A stretch of DNA of 64,000 nt from Candidatus Doudnabacteria bacterium (GCA_037200925.1 JBBCGO010000001.1:73552-137551), one strand, 5' to 3'; numbered from the stretch's first letter, positions 1-10,202 are shown. The notes: generated by a model from the sequence alone, not told the origin. Translations and numbers: made by a program.

Positions 1-1121
1 GATTCCGGGTGAATGAAGATGAGTATAAGGTCATGGGACTTGCAGCTTACGGCCAGCCGGTTTTGGTGAACGAGATCCGGAATTTGATCTTTGTCCAATC
101 TGACGGGAGCTTTAAGCTTGATATGGAATATTTTGGGTTTCATAAAGGTTCTAGGATGTGGAGCAAGAAGTTTGAAAGGCTTTTCGGCCCGCCGCGCCTG
201 CCGGACGAAACGGTCAGCGATTTTCACAAGAATTTGTCGGCAAGCGTACAACGGGTGGTTGAAGACGTGTATTTCCTCATCCTCAACCATTTGTATTCGC
301 TAACGCCACAGCCAAATGTCGCCATTGCCGGCGGAGTAGCCTTAAATGCCCTGGCCAACGGCAAGATCTTTTCTCAAACCAAGTTTCAGCAAGTTCATAT
401 TTTTGGCCCAGCCGGCGACAGCGGCGCGGCTTTGGGGGCCGCGTTTTTGGTCCAAAGTCGGCTGGAACAAGGCACGGTTAACAAATTTGCCGGGAGTCTG
501 CTTCTGGGGTCCGCGTATGAAAACGATCAGATCGAAAAAATCTTGCTGAAGAAAAATCTGGCTTATAAACAATTCACTTCGGAAGATCTGCTTTTGGAAA
601 ACCTGGCCGGTTTGCTCCAGGACGGAAGGGTGATCGGCTGGTTCCAGGGCCGGATGGAACTGGGCCCCCGTTCGCTTGGCTCCCGATCCATCCTGGCCAA
701 ACCGAACCCGAAGTCGGTCAAGGAGAAGATGAATCAAATTAAGCGGCGGGAGCAATTTCGCCCGTTCGCGGGCTCGATCCTCAAAGAACAGGCTGCAGAA
801 TTCTTTGAACTGCCTCACTATCAGGAGGATTTTCCATATATGAATTTTTGCTTTCAAGTCAGAGACGATAAGCGGGAAGTTCTGGCGGGAATAGTGCATG
901 CCGACAATTCTTGCCGCATCCAGACCGTCAGCGCGGAAAACGGCGTGTATTACAGATTGCTGAAGAAATTTTACGAGATCAGCGGAATTCCCTGCCTGCT
1001 CAACACCAGCTTTAATTTACAGGGCGAGCCGATCGTGGAAACACCCGAACAGGCGGTGGATGATTTCCTAAGATCGCCCATGGATAATTTGGCGATCGGG
1101 GATTTTCTGATCTCGAAATAA
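1..1121 (+). CDS. Carbamoyltransferase (NodU/CmcH family), 5' part outside the window
   Basis: Motifs EYKVMGLAAYG, AGGVALN, PAGDSGAALGA, GWFQGRMELGPRSLGSRSIL, KRREQFRPFA, LLNTSFNLQGEPIVETP; frame open at the window edge. Confidence 0.93.
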   Translation, partial: FRVNEDEYKVMGLAAYGQPVLVNEIRNLIFVQSDGSFKLDMEYFGFHKGSRMWSKKFERLFGPPRLPDETVSDFHKNLSASVQRVVEDVYFLILNHLYSLTPQPNVAIAGGVALNALANGKIFSQTKFQQVHIFGPAGDSGAALGAAFLVQSRLEQGTVNKFAGSLLLGSAYENDQIEKILLKKNLAYKQFTSEDLLLENLAGLLQDGRVIGWFQGRMELGPRSLGSRSILAKPNPKSVKEKMNQIKRREQFRPFAGSILKEQAAEFFELPHYQEDFPYMNFCFQVRDDKREVLAGIVHADNSCRIQTVSAENGVYYRLLKKFYEISGIPCLLNTSFNLQGEPIVETPEQAVDDFLRSPMDNLAIGDFLISK

Positions 1122-1145
1122 AAAACAGTCCAATTTCGGATCTGT

Positions 1146-2105
1146 TTATTTTTTGCAATCTATCAGATTCTGTGTCAGATAATTATATAAATCTTGAGCG
1201 ATTATTTTGCTTCCGGCAGCGTTAGGATGGGGGTCTCCCGGACGAACGATATTATTGTCATCTGTTAGGTTGCCGATCTTATCATCGAAAAATGTATTCT
1301 GTGAAGCACCGGTAAGCCCTTTGATTTTGTTGACATTTTCCGAAGACAGCAGCCCCGGGGAAGTAAAGAAAAGAAGTTTATTATTGAAATATTTCCTGAT
1401 CGACGTCAAAGCATTAATTTCATAATTTTCAATTTCTCCGATATTTTTCTGATTATACTCCTCTCTTTGCGCACGGAAGGCGAGTTGTTCTGGGTTAGGC
1501 GAATAATTTGCCAAATTGTCGTAGTAATCCAGGACATCATAGAACATGTCAGCGTACACGGACAAACTTCTGTCCAGTAAAAACCATGCCACCAGGTCCG
1601 GGTTGTACTTTTGCCCCCGCAGTATATATCTTTCAAGAACGTATCGGGCGTCGTATCCTCCGACCCCGAGATTTATCACTTCGAATTTTTTAATATTTTT
1701 GCATTGCAGATTGCTGTTCAGCATGTCTTCCAGGCGTTCAGAAAAATTATCATTCGTGTCAAGATATAATCCGAATGTCATGGAGTCACCCAGAGTTATA
1801 ATTCTGTATGTCGCCGGGGGTTTTTCTGTGGTATAATCATAACGCTCGTTGAGGGAATCGGAATTAATTGTGTTGGTGGATTCATAATCCAGCCAATCAG
1901 GTTTGTTCTTCAGGCTGACATTCGGCTTTGGCTCATAAAAATGTTTGAGATCGTTGGAAATTGTGAACTGAAAATCCGCTTTATTTAGCGGGTGAACAGT
2001 CGTTTCATGTAAGATTTTTTCGCGTTTAATGTAGTTGAAAGCCAAAAAGACGATAATTAATATTTCAAAAATCACTAAACCTGTAAAGACAGATTTTTGT
2101 TTCAT
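1146..2105 (-). CDS. Membrane-anchored SGNH/GDSL hydrolase
   Basis: RIITLGDSMTFG (block I), EVINLGVGGY (block II), DPHPNAAG (block V); N-terminal TM helix; ATG at 2105 (MKQKSV) chosen because the longer ORF overlaps the next gene. Confidence 0.85.
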   Translation of the reverse strand: MKQKSVFTGLVIFEILIIVFLAFNYIKREKILHETTVHPLNKADFQFTISNDLKHFYEPKPNVSLKNKPDWLDYESTNTINSDSLNERYDYTTEKPPATYRIITLGDSMTFGLYLDTNDNFSERLEDMLNSNLQCKNIKKFEVINLGVGGYDARYVLERYILRGQKYNPDLVAWFLLDRSLSVYADMFYDVLDYYDNLANYSPNPEQLAFRAQREEYNQKNIGEIENYEINALTSIRKYFNNKLLFFTSPGLLSSENVNKIKGLTGASQNTFFDDKIGNLTDDNNIVRPGDPHPNAAGSKIIAQDLYNYLTQNLIDCKK

Positions 2106-2190
2106 ATAAATATAGAATAGGTATAATCTATTTTCATTATAACACAAGCAAAAATATAATTTCGCCGGTATCGCGTTTATAAGACGAAAC

Positions 2191-3708
2191 ATGATCTCCA
2201 AACCTAGTAATAAATTTTTTATAGCCTTGACATTTTTTTTGTCAGGGATATTTTTAATTTTGTTTGTCTTAAACAGCCAGTTCACAAAATACTTGAGCGT
2301 AAAGCATATTAACGTCACGCTCACAAAAGACGGTTTTCAGCCGGGCAAGATCGAGATCAAGCAGGGCGATACCGTGACGTTTGTTTCAGATCTGGACAAG
2401 CCGTTTTGGCCGGCTTCAGACCTTCATCCAACCCATCTTTTGTATCCCGAATTTGACCCCAAACAGCCCATCGAGCCGGGCAAGACCTGGACATTTAAAT
2501 TTGATAAAGCCGGAATATGGACTTACCACAATCATCTCGATCCTGATATATTAGGGACCATCATTGTTCACAGCGCAGGTAACAGTAAAACCGCTAAAAT
2601 AGACCCGTCTTCCTGCGACGGGCTTTCCGATGATGTCGAGAAATTGAAATGCTGGAGCACTTCGCTGAACAATGTATTGGAATATCAGGGGATCGAAGCG
2701 GCCTTCGGCACGCTCGATAGCTGGTTAAAATCAGAGCCCGATTTTGAACCTTATTGCCATACTTTGGTGCATGAGGTCGGCGCTAAGGCTTACGATCTTT
2801 TTTCGGAACATAAGAGCTTTGGACTCACAGACCAGACATCGCTCTGCGGCTACGGATTTTACCATGGATTTACGGAAACCCTGGCTGCTGAGGGCGGCGG
2901 CATTGCTCAGGCCCGGCAGTTTTGTTCTTTCGTTTATGATGAATTGGGAAGTAAATTACCCGGAATTCTCGACCAATGTTACCACGGTTTTGGCCACGGG
3001 TCTGTTGACATCCATAACGAGGGTATTTGGGGGGATGAGATCGCGATGATACAGCCCGCCTTAAAAATGTGCCGCGCCGTGGCAACTGATTCCGAGAAGC
3101 TGTTCCGTTGCGGCACGGGGATGTTTGATTCGATCTCTATAGGTTATTTTACCCATGATTATAATTTAAAAATGAATTCCACAGATCCTTTTTGGCTGTG
3201 CCGGCAGCAGAAAGAGGAAGAATTTAAGCAGTCATGCTACGTGAGTTTGGATCCCGCTCTTTTACTGATGGAAAATATGGATTTTTCTAAAGCGTCCAAA
3301 TTTATTGAAAATATAAAAGAGGATCAACATGCGACTTTGGCCATGGGGAGCCTGGCTTTGCCGGTTTATTGGATCAAGGACAGGTCAGGCCGGGAAGCCG
3401 CCTCAAAAATGGATAATTTTTACCAAACCCAAGGGGTTGCTTCCTGCAGAACCTTGCAGAAACGCTTGATTGAGCCGTGCATAAAAAGCATTGCATATGC
3501 TTTGACAATGGATGAATCGCGCACCAAACAGTACCAGGAAGGACTTAAGTTCTGCCGGAGGACTGATCTGACTTCAGCTGAAAGCGGCGACTGCTTTAAT
3601 ACCGTGATCAGCACCCTTTCAGAGATTTACCCGAAAGATGAATTGGGTGTTATCTGCAATCAAGAATTGAAATCCGAAGATAAAATATATTGTCAGGGGA
3701 AAATTTAG
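2191..3708 (+). CDS. Anchored/secreted cupredoxin-like domain fused to Cys/His-rich domain
   Basis: TM/signal; GFQPGKIEIKQGDTVTF, WPASDLHPTH, WTYHNHL; then CHTLVHEVG, CGYGFYHG, CYHGFGHG. Confidence 0.75.
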   Translation: MISKPSNKFFIALTFFLSGIFLILFVLNSQFTKYLSVKHINVTLTKDGFQPGKIEIKQGDTVTFVSDLDKPFWPASDLHPTHLLYPEFDPKQPIEPGKTWTFKFDKAGIWTYHNHLDPDILGTIIVHSAGNSKTAKIDPSSCDGLSDDVEKLKCWSTSLNNVLEYQGIEAAFGTLDSWLKSEPDFEPYCHTLVHEVGAKAYDLFSEHKSFGLTDQTSLCGYGFYHGFTETLAAEGGGIAQARQFCSFVYDELGSKLPGILDQCYHGFGHGSVDIHNEGIWGDEIAMIQPALKMCRAVATDSEKLFRCGTGMFDSISIGYFTHDYNLKMNSTDPFWLCRQQKEEEFKQSCYVSLDPALLLMENMDFSKASKFIENIKEDQHATLAMGSLALPVYWIKDRSGREAASKMDNFYQTQGVASCRTLQKRLIEPCIKSIAYALTMDESRTKQYQEGLKFCRRTDLTSAESGDCFNTVISTLSEIYPKDELGVICNQELKSEDKIYCQGKI

Positions 3709-3712
3709 CGGA

Positions 3713-4702
3713 TTATTTGCAGGTGATCAATTTATTGGCCAGCAAATAATTCAGCAGATCTTGGGCTATGGCCTTGTGTCCTTCCGGGTTCGGGTGCTGG
3801 TCGGGAAAGACCTTGCCTGCTTTCACCAGATCCAGCGGGCTTTCGTAGAGATAGGTCCCATCACGCGATTTGCTGTAATTTTCCAACAACAACGCGGGAT
3901 TGGTTGTAGTAGATGGGAGCAGGTATTTCGGAGCATAGATCAGCAGATTGTTTTTATATAAGCTGTTAAATTCATTGAAAGCCTGCATGTTGTAGTCGAC
4001 AATTTCCTTCACTGATAATTGTTTGAGGCTGTCTTTGAAAGCCTGATCCCAGACATTAAAAACTTGCGGTTCGATCAGACCACCGCCCAGTTTATTCAGA
4101 TAGTCGTTGACTTTCGGGAGCAGAATTTCGTTAATATAGTCAATATCGTCATACTTTAAGAACCAGATGACCAGATCTGGATCGTATTTTTGTCCCCGAA
4201 GTTTGTACCGCTCTTCCGAATATTTAACATCATATCCCTGAACAGCCAAGTTGATCACTTCAAATTTTTTGTAAGTCGTACAGCCCATGCCGTTTAATTC
4301 ATCTTCCAGGACCTTAGGATAACTCTGTTCATTATTGACGAATAACCCGTACGTGAAAGAATCACCCAGGGTGATAATCCGGAATGTGCCCGGAGGTTTG
4401 TCGGGCGTGTAATCAGTAGTGCCGCGGAGCGTATCGTGGTTTATGTGATAGGTCGGCTTAATTTTCAACCAGTCTGGTACGCCGTTATTTGCCTCGCTAT
4501 CGGCCTTCGGTTCGTAGAAATATTTCAGACTCGATTGGTCGGGAAAAGTTACGCTGCTGCCCGCGATCGTGCTGAAAGAAGGAGTTGACGATAATATTTT
4601 CTTCCTGTGATAATCCGTGACAAGATAAACCACAGCTTCAAGTTCAAGAAGGATTATCAAGATTATAGCAAGGTTTCTGAATTTTCTTTTTGTATCGTTC
4701 AT
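3713..4702 (-). CDS. Membrane-anchored SGNH/GDSL hydrolase, paralog of 1146-2105
   Basis: FRIITLGDSFTYG, FEVINLAVQGY, DQHPNPEGH; shares FYEPK, PDWL, LRGQKYxPDLV and C-terminal LIxCK with the paralog. Confidence 0.85.
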   Translation of the reverse strand: MNDTKRKFRNLAIILIILLELEAVVYLVTDYHRKKILSSTPSFSTIAGSSVTFPDQSSLKYFYEPKADSEANNGVPDWLKIKPTYHINHDTLRGTTDYTPDKPPGTFRIITLGDSFTYGLFVNNEQSYPKVLEDELNGMGCTTYKKFEVINLAVQGYDVKYSEERYKLRGQKYDPDLVIWFLKYDDIDYINEILLPKVNDYLNKLGGGLIEPQVFNVWDQAFKDSLKQLSVKEIVDYNMQAFNEFNSLYKNNLLIYAPKYLLPSTTTNPALLLENYSKSRDGTYLYESPLDLVKAGKVFPDQHPNPEGHKAIAQDLLNYLLANKLITCK

Positions 4703-4768
4703 GCGGCAGGAGGGTTGACTGATGACTTTACTTTTCATATTATAGCATAGGATTTGACGCTTCTTCCC

Positions 4769-6226
4769 ATGAAACTAAAACGCTATTATTTTTATTTAGT
4801 CGCAGCCTTGGCTCTTCTGATAGTTGGGTTGATCTTTGTTTATGCCGGTTCTGCCAAAGGCTTGAAGTTAGCTTCAATATTTGAACAGGGCAACCGTTCC
4901 TCGCACACCATCGTGCTTTCCAAGGGCGGCTTCAGTCCCGGCAACCTTACCATAAAAAAAGGGGATTGGGTGACTTTCACCACTACTGCCGGTCAGCAAT
5001 TTTGGCCGGCCTCAGACCCTCACCCTACACACAGCATCTATCCGGATTTTGATCCGAAACGGCCTGTCGATCCGGGTAAATCATGGAGTTTTCAGTTTGA
5101 AAAAGAAGGAACTTTCCCGTATCACGATCACTTTATTCCAAGCCTGGGAGGAACCATTGTCGTCGGCCACGCGAGTGAGATCGGAGAGAATTGCGCTGAA
5201 GATACTCAAAATCAATATTTGTGTTGGTCGAAAATGATCGATGAATCTTTGCGCAATAACGGGCTTAATTCAGCTTTCTCGCTGGTAGAAAACTTATATC
5301 AGACGCAGCCGGCATTTGCCGGCGATTGCCACCTGTTCCTTCACAAGCTGGGACAGGCGGCCTATGAAGAATTTGCAGATAAACAGGACATTGCCTTGAC
5401 CAGCGCGTCCGCCTACTGCGGTTACGGGTTTTATCACGGTTTTATGGAAAGTCTGCTTATGCAGTCGAACAATTATTCTAAGGCTTTGGAGTTTTGCCAA
5501 AAAGTTTCAGCAGAAATGTCGCAATCCTTGTCTGATGCGTGTTATCATGGAGTAGGGCATGGCGCCATGGCCGTGGGCACTATTGACCAAGCGACCTGGG
5601 GCAAGCCCGATTCTTTGGTAAGCAAGGCTTTGGCGATCTGCAATAAAGTGGCAGACTCTTCGGTAAATGTCGCGCGCTGCGCTTCCGGCTCGTTCATGGA
5701 AATTTCAAGTTATTTGTCGGGCAGCCAGTATGGTTTGTCCGCAGACGCAAAAAATCCGCTGAAGATATGCCAAGCTCAAACCGCAGAAGACATAAAAACG
5801 ACCTGCTATGCCCAGATGTATCCTGTTCTGCAGGCAGTGAGCCGCGGGAGCGTGCCCGCTGCGATCAAATATATAGAAGCGATCCCGGAAGATAATTACG
5901 CGGAAGAATCGGTAGAAACCCTTCTCGGGTCCATGGCCGGGATAAACAGCGATCAGTCAAAAAACGTGCAGGCTTGCTCTGCGGCGCAAAAGCGCCTGCA
6001 AGCCAAGTGTATCAGCGGAATTGCCTTAAGCTTTATGCTGAACGGCACACCTAACGAACAGTATAAGCAGGCGGCCGCCTTCTGCAGCACCGGCGGTTTG
6101 ACGGGCATTGAGAGAGATTCGTGTTATGATCTGATCGTAAATGAATCCAAGAATACTTATTCTGGTTCTCAGCTCCAAAATGCCTGCCAATCCCTGCCCA
6201 GTTATTATCAAAAAAAATGTTTGTAA
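4769..6226 (+). CDS. Cupredoxin-like + Cys/His-rich domain protein, paralog of 2191-3708
   Basis: WPASDPHPTH, FPYHDHF; CHLFLHKLG, CGYGFYHGFME, CYHGVGHG. Confidence 0.75.
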   Translation: MKLKRYYFYLVAALALLIVGLIFVYAGSAKGLKLASIFEQGNRSSHTIVLSKGGFSPGNLTIKKGDWVTFTTTAGQQFWPASDPHPTHSIYPDFDPKRPVDPGKSWSFQFEKEGTFPYHDHFIPSLGGTIVVGHASEIGENCAEDTQNQYLCWSKMIDESLRNNGLNSAFSLVENLYQTQPAFAGDCHLFLHKLGQAAYEEFADKQDIALTSASAYCGYGFYHGFMESLLMQSNNYSKALEFCQKVSAEMSQSLSDACYHGVGHGAMAVGTIDQATWGKPDSLVSKALAICNKVADSSVNVARCASGSFMEISSYLSGSQYGLSADAKNPLKICQAQTAEDIKTTCYAQMYPVLQAVSRGSVPAAIKYIEAIPEDNYAEESVETLLGSMAGINSDQSKNVQACSAAQKRLQAKCISGIALSFMLNGTPNEQYKQAAAFCSTGGLTGIERDSCYDLIVNESKNTYSGSQLQNACQSLPSYYQKKCL

Positions 6227-7281
6227 AAAATAACCGCAAATTTTTTATTATCGCCGTCGCGCTGATCTTATTTTTCCTGGGCGAATTGTTATTTTTGTCA
6301 GGCAAATTCCGGTCCGTCAAACCCGAGGCCAAGCCGGTTGCGGTAAACAGCCCGCCTGCAGATGCCGAAAAAACGGATCAAAGTTTGCAAATTTCCGCAC
6401 TGGAGCAGAAAGTGAAAGACGATCCCAATGATGCGAATTCGTCGAACAACCTGGCCAGTCTATATTTTCAAACCGGAAAATTTGACCAGGCCAAAGATCT
6501 ATATTCTAATGTTCTCAAAATCAATCCGAAAGACGTCGGAGCGATGACCGGTTTGGCGAATGTCCTGCGTTACCGCGGAGAATATGCCGAATCAGAAAAA
6601 TTGTATCTGGAAGCGATAAAAATCGATCCGGGCAATGCCTGGTCATACATTGATTTCGGGAAACTCTATCGTGACTGGAATAAACCGGCCCAAGCCGAAG
6701 CGGTTTTAATGCAAGCCGCGAAACTCAACCCCAAAGATGATAGGATATATTCTTACGGCCTGGGGTTTTTGTACAGAGATGAAGGCCGGCTTCCCGAAGC
6801 GGAAAAAATGTTCAACAAAGCCCTTCAGCTGAACCCGAATGATTATAATTACATGTCCATGGGCGATATTTACCGCGATGAGGGCAAATTTGCGGAATCA
6901 GAAACCATGTTCAAAAAAGCCCTTGAGTTAAATCCCTTGAACGAAGCTTATATGGGTATGGGGTATCTATACCTTCAGGAAGGTAAATTGGATAAAGCTG
7001 AAGAATCTTTTCAAACGTACTTGAAGCTGATCAAGCCGAAAAGCGAGGTCTATGAAGGCTTGGGCTACATCTATATCTCACAGGGCAAGCTTGCCGACGC
7101 GGAGAATGCGTTCAAAAACTCCATTGCAGTCAACCCGCACTTGTTCGGATATTTGGGCTTAGCCAGGGTCTATAATGTTGAAGGCAAGAAAGACGAAGCC
7201 ATACAGGCATTGAAAAAATCCATTGAATTGAATCCGGATGACAAAGCGGGGCCGGCCTTACTTAAACAATTGGAAGGATGA
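6217..7281 (+). CDS. Membrane-anchored tetratricopeptide repeat protein
   Basis: N-terminal TM; repeated ~34-aa units (LGxxYxxxGxxxEAExxFxKAxxLNP). Confidence 0.9.
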   Translation: MFVKNNRKFFIIAVALILFFLGELLFLSGKFRSVKPEAKPVAVNSPPADAEKTDQSLQISALEQKVKDDPNDANSSNNLASLYFQTGKFDQAKDLYSNVLKINPKDVGAMTGLANVLRYRGEYAESEKLYLEAIKIDPGNAWSYIDFGKLYRDWNKPAQAEAVLMQAAKLNPKDDRIYSYGLGFLYRDEGRLPEAEKMFNKALQLNPNDYNYMSMGDIYRDEGKFAESETMFKKALELNPLNEAYMGMGYLYLQEGKLDKAEESFQTYLKLIKPKSEVYEGLGYIYISQGKLADAENAFKNSIAVNPHLFGYLGLARVYNVEGKKDEAIQALKKSIELNPDDKAGPALLKQLEG

Positions 7282-8468
7282 GAACTTTAGCCAACAAAAA
7301 TTTTTTTCTTGTTCTCGCTGCCGCGATTTTGCTTGCCGGTTTGATTTTGGTTTTAGCTCATGCCAAAACCAGATCTCTTGCCGCCGGCAAGCAACAAACA
7401 TCTGCTGGGACCGACTGCTCCGCTTCAAACAACCAAGAGCTATGCTGGCAGCAGCAGATGAAACAGACATTGCAATCGCAAGGCCTGCCCGCGGCATTTG
7501 ATATACTGGCAAATCTTTACGACACTGCGCCGGCGTTTGCCTCGCAGTGCCATGCCTTTACCCACGAGCTGGGCCAGGAGGCATATGAAATGTTCGCATC
7601 GCACCAGGACTTCGAGCTTAATTCCAAAACCCAGTATTGCGGTTACGGGTTCTATCACGGTTTTATGGAAACGCTGCTGCAGAGCACAGGCGATGTCAGT
7701 CAGGCGCAGAATTTTTGCGCCTATGTCGGAAAGAAGCTTGCCGGCCAAACGTCCGACGGCGAGGGCGCCTGTTATCACGGCATCGGCCATGGCGCCGTCG
7801 ACGGCACGGATATAAAAGCCTGGGGAAACCCGCAGGCAATGATCGATCCCAGCTTAAAGCTTTGCAAATTTGCTTCCGGCGACAACCAGCAATTTTTATA
7901 CCGCTGCGTGACGGGTGTTTACAATGCTTTGGAAATACTTTCTTCTGACCCCCAGTACAAGCTGACAATGATCCAGAAAAATCCTTTCTGGCTGTGTCCG
8001 AGCCAGCCGGAATTTTATAAAGAACCGTGTTACACGAATATGCTGCCGTCCCTGCTTAGGTTTACAAATAATGACTTGGTGAAATCCGAGAAAATGATAG
8101 AAAAAATTCCTGAACAGACAGCCATAAAAACCACTGTCTCATACAGCCTGTTCCATGAATTTATCCGGCTGAATTTGGAGCGGCCGAATTATAATATAGA
8201 AAATGGCGTGCAGATCTGCCACGGTCTGGCAGACCCTTACCGTCTGTCATGTATCGAAGGCTTGGCCGGCGGACACATGAAATACGGCGATCCCCAACAG
8301 GCGTACGTCAAAGGCCTGGCGTTTTGTAAAATGCCGATCTTGAAAAGCGACGAAGAGGATTCATGCTATAATACAATCCTGACACGCCTGCCGATCTGGT
8401 ATTCTCCGGCAAAATCCGCTGAGATCTGCAGTTCCGTGGATGTAAAATTCCAAACTTACTGCCGATAA
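7278..8468 (+). CDS. Stand-alone Cys/His-rich extracytoplasmic domain protein
   Basis: CHAFTHELG, CGYGFYHGFME, CYHGIGHG; homologous to the C-terminal domains of 2191-3708 and 4769-6226; no cupredoxin part. Confidence 0.75.
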   Translation: MRTLANKNFFLVLAAAILLAGLILVLAHAKTRSLAAGKQQTSAGTDCSASNNQELCWQQQMKQTLQSQGLPAAFDILANLYDTAPAFASQCHAFTHELGQEAYEMFASHQDFELNSKTQYCGYGFYHGFMETLLQSTGDVSQAQNFCAYVGKKLAGQTSDGEGACYHGIGHGAVDGTDIKAWGNPQAMIDPSLKLCKFASGDNQQFLYRCVTGVYNALEILSSDPQYKLTMIQKNPFWLCPSQPEFYKEPCYTNMLPSLLRFTNNDLVKSEKMIEKIPEQTAIKTTVSYSLFHEFIRLNLERPNYNIENGVQICHGLADPYRLSCIEGLAGGHMKYGDPQQAYVKGLAFCKMPILKSDEEDSCYNTILTRLPIWYSPAKSAEICSSVDVKFQTYCR

Positions 8469-8475
8469 ACTTTTT

Positions 8476-8913
8476 ATGAATAAAAAAATAATAATTATTC
8501 TGCTGTGCGTCATTGTGCTTGTTCTGGGAGTCTACGCTTATAAATTAGCTTTCGTAAAGCCGTCTGACGCGGGGACAAGCCAGGCTGACTCAAATTCCGA
8601 ACCGGCTAAGTTTTCGACCCAGGATAAAATATTGCCGACCGATGTCGTCGTGAAAGTGACGGACAACGGTTTTGTGCCGGACTCGGTTACTGTTAAAAAA
8701 GGGACTCCGGTCGTGTGGCTGAACCAGACCAGCAGTTTTGTCTGGCCGGCGTCCGACCCACACCCCCTGCATACGGACTATCCCGGGTTCGATCCGCAGG
8801 AGCCGTTCAAGAATGGCGAAACTTGGGCTTTTACTTTTGACCGCGTGGGAAATTGGGGATACCATAACCACCTGCAGCCCAGCATGAAGGGAACTGTGCA
8901 CGTAACTGAATGA
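8476..8913 (+). CDS. Stand-alone cupredoxin-like protein
   Basis: GFVPDSVTVKKGTPVVW, WPASDPHPLH, WGYHNHLQPSMKGTVHV; N-terminal TM. Confidence 0.8.
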   Translation: MNKKIIIILLCVIVLVLGVYAYKLAFVKPSDAGTSQADSNSEPAKFSTQDKILPTDVVVKVTDNGFVPDSVTVKKGTPVVWLNQTSSFVWPASDPHPLHTDYPGFDPQEPFKNGETWAFTFDRVGNWGYHNHLQPSMKGTVHVTE

Positions 8914-8931
8914 TTGCGGTTGATTTTCCTT

Positions 8932-10077
8932 ATGACTTCTAAGCCTCGGTTGAAAATCGGGATTGTCTGCTACCCGTCAGTCGGAGGGAGCGGAATAGTT
9001 GCTACCGACCTTGGCAATCAATTGGCCCTTTTGGGGCACGAAATCCATTTCATCAGCTATGAACGGCCTTTTCGTCTTGGCTCCAATTCCGCAAATGTTT
9101 TTTTTAATCAAGTAAAGATAAATGAATATGAACTGTTTCGCTATCCGGATTACACCCTACCTTTGGCAGTGAAGATCGGAGACATAAGCCAAAAATACAG
9201 CCTTGACATCATCCACGCTCATTATGCAATTCCTCACGCGACTGCCGCTTTGCTGGCAAAAAATATAGTCAGACATTGCAGCCAGCAGAAGCCCAAAGTG
9301 GTAACTACTCTCCACGGCACTGATATTACCCTTTTGGCCCGCGATCCGAACTTGCGTTCGATCATTCAGTATTCGATCGAAGAGTCGGATGGGGTCACTG
9401 CCGTTTCCAACAGCTTGCGCGAAGAAAGCATCAGTCTGCTGGGGATCAAAAAAGCCGTCGAAGTCATTTATAATTTTTATCAGCCCAAGATCCCGGCCAT
9501 ACCGGCAGCGCAAATAAGGAAGGATTTGGGGATCGGAACGGACGAATTTATGGTTATTCACCTTTCCAATCTTCGTCCCGTCAAACGCATTCCGGACCTC
9601 CTGCGAATAGTCGCCGCGTCGAAGCATGTGCGCAAACTGAAGCTGGTGATCTTATCCGGCGGCAATTTTGAGCAATTCCTGCCGCTGGTTGACGAGTTAA
9701 AATTGAAAAACAACATCATTGTCCGCGAAAACATTTTAGATATTGAAAATTATATCAATGCAGCCGATCTGGGCATTTATCCGTCCGAAACGGAAAGCTT
9801 CGGCATGGGTATTTTAGAAACCCTGAGCTTCGGTAAGCCTGTTCTGGCCAGCAATTCAGGAGGCATTCCCGAAGTCATGCAGCACGGCAGAACCGGATAT
9901 CTCTATCCGGTGGGAGATGTCCAATCGTTCACACAAGGCCTTGATGAACTGATCGAAAATCCTCAAGAAAGGCAGAAGATGGGGGAGCGGGGCAAGGTTC
10001 GGGCCCAAAGCTTATTTAATACCGAGAAAATAGTTAAAGAATATTTTGATTTTTATCAAAAAACCCTGAATTCCTAG
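8932..10077 (+). CDS. bshA: BshA-like GT4 glycosyltransferase (N-acetyl-alpha-D-glucosaminyl L-malate synthase family)
   Basis: KIGIVCYPSVGGSGIVATDLG, LFRYPDYTLPLA, HAHYAIPHA, VTTLHGTDITL, NLRPVKRIPD, SETESFG. Confidence 0.8.
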   Translation: MTSKPRLKIGIVCYPSVGGSGIVATDLGNQLALLGHEIHFISYERPFRLGSNSANVFFNQVKINEYELFRYPDYTLPLAVKIGDISQKYSLDIIHAHYAIPHATAALLAKNIVRHCSQQKPKVVTTLHGTDITLLARDPNLRSIIQYSIEESDGVTAVSNSLREESISLLGIKKAVEVIYNFYQPKIPAIPAAQIRKDLGIGTDEFMVIHLSNLRPVKRIPDLLRIVAASKHVRKLKLVILSGGNFEQFLPLVDELKLKNNIIVRENILDIENYINAADLGIYPSETESFGMGILETLSFGKPVLASNSGGIPEVMQHGRTGYLYPVGDVQSFTQGLDELIENPQERQKMGERGKVRAQSLFNTEKIVKEYFDFYQKTLNS

Positions 10078-10092
10078 GCATTTTGCTATCAT

Positions 10093-10121
10093 TTGACAAA
10101 TCCGGGCGAAAGGTGTAAATT
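10093..10121 (+). promoter_or_regulatory. Putative sigma70 promoter
   Basis: TTGACA-17 nt-TAAATT upstream of the 10203 ORF. Confidence 0.5.
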
Positions 10122-10202
10122 ATTGTGTTATAGTAGAGATATAGGATTCTTCTTTTTCGGTTATTCAGTTATGTATAATTTTTGGCCTCCAAGGAGGATG
10201 CC

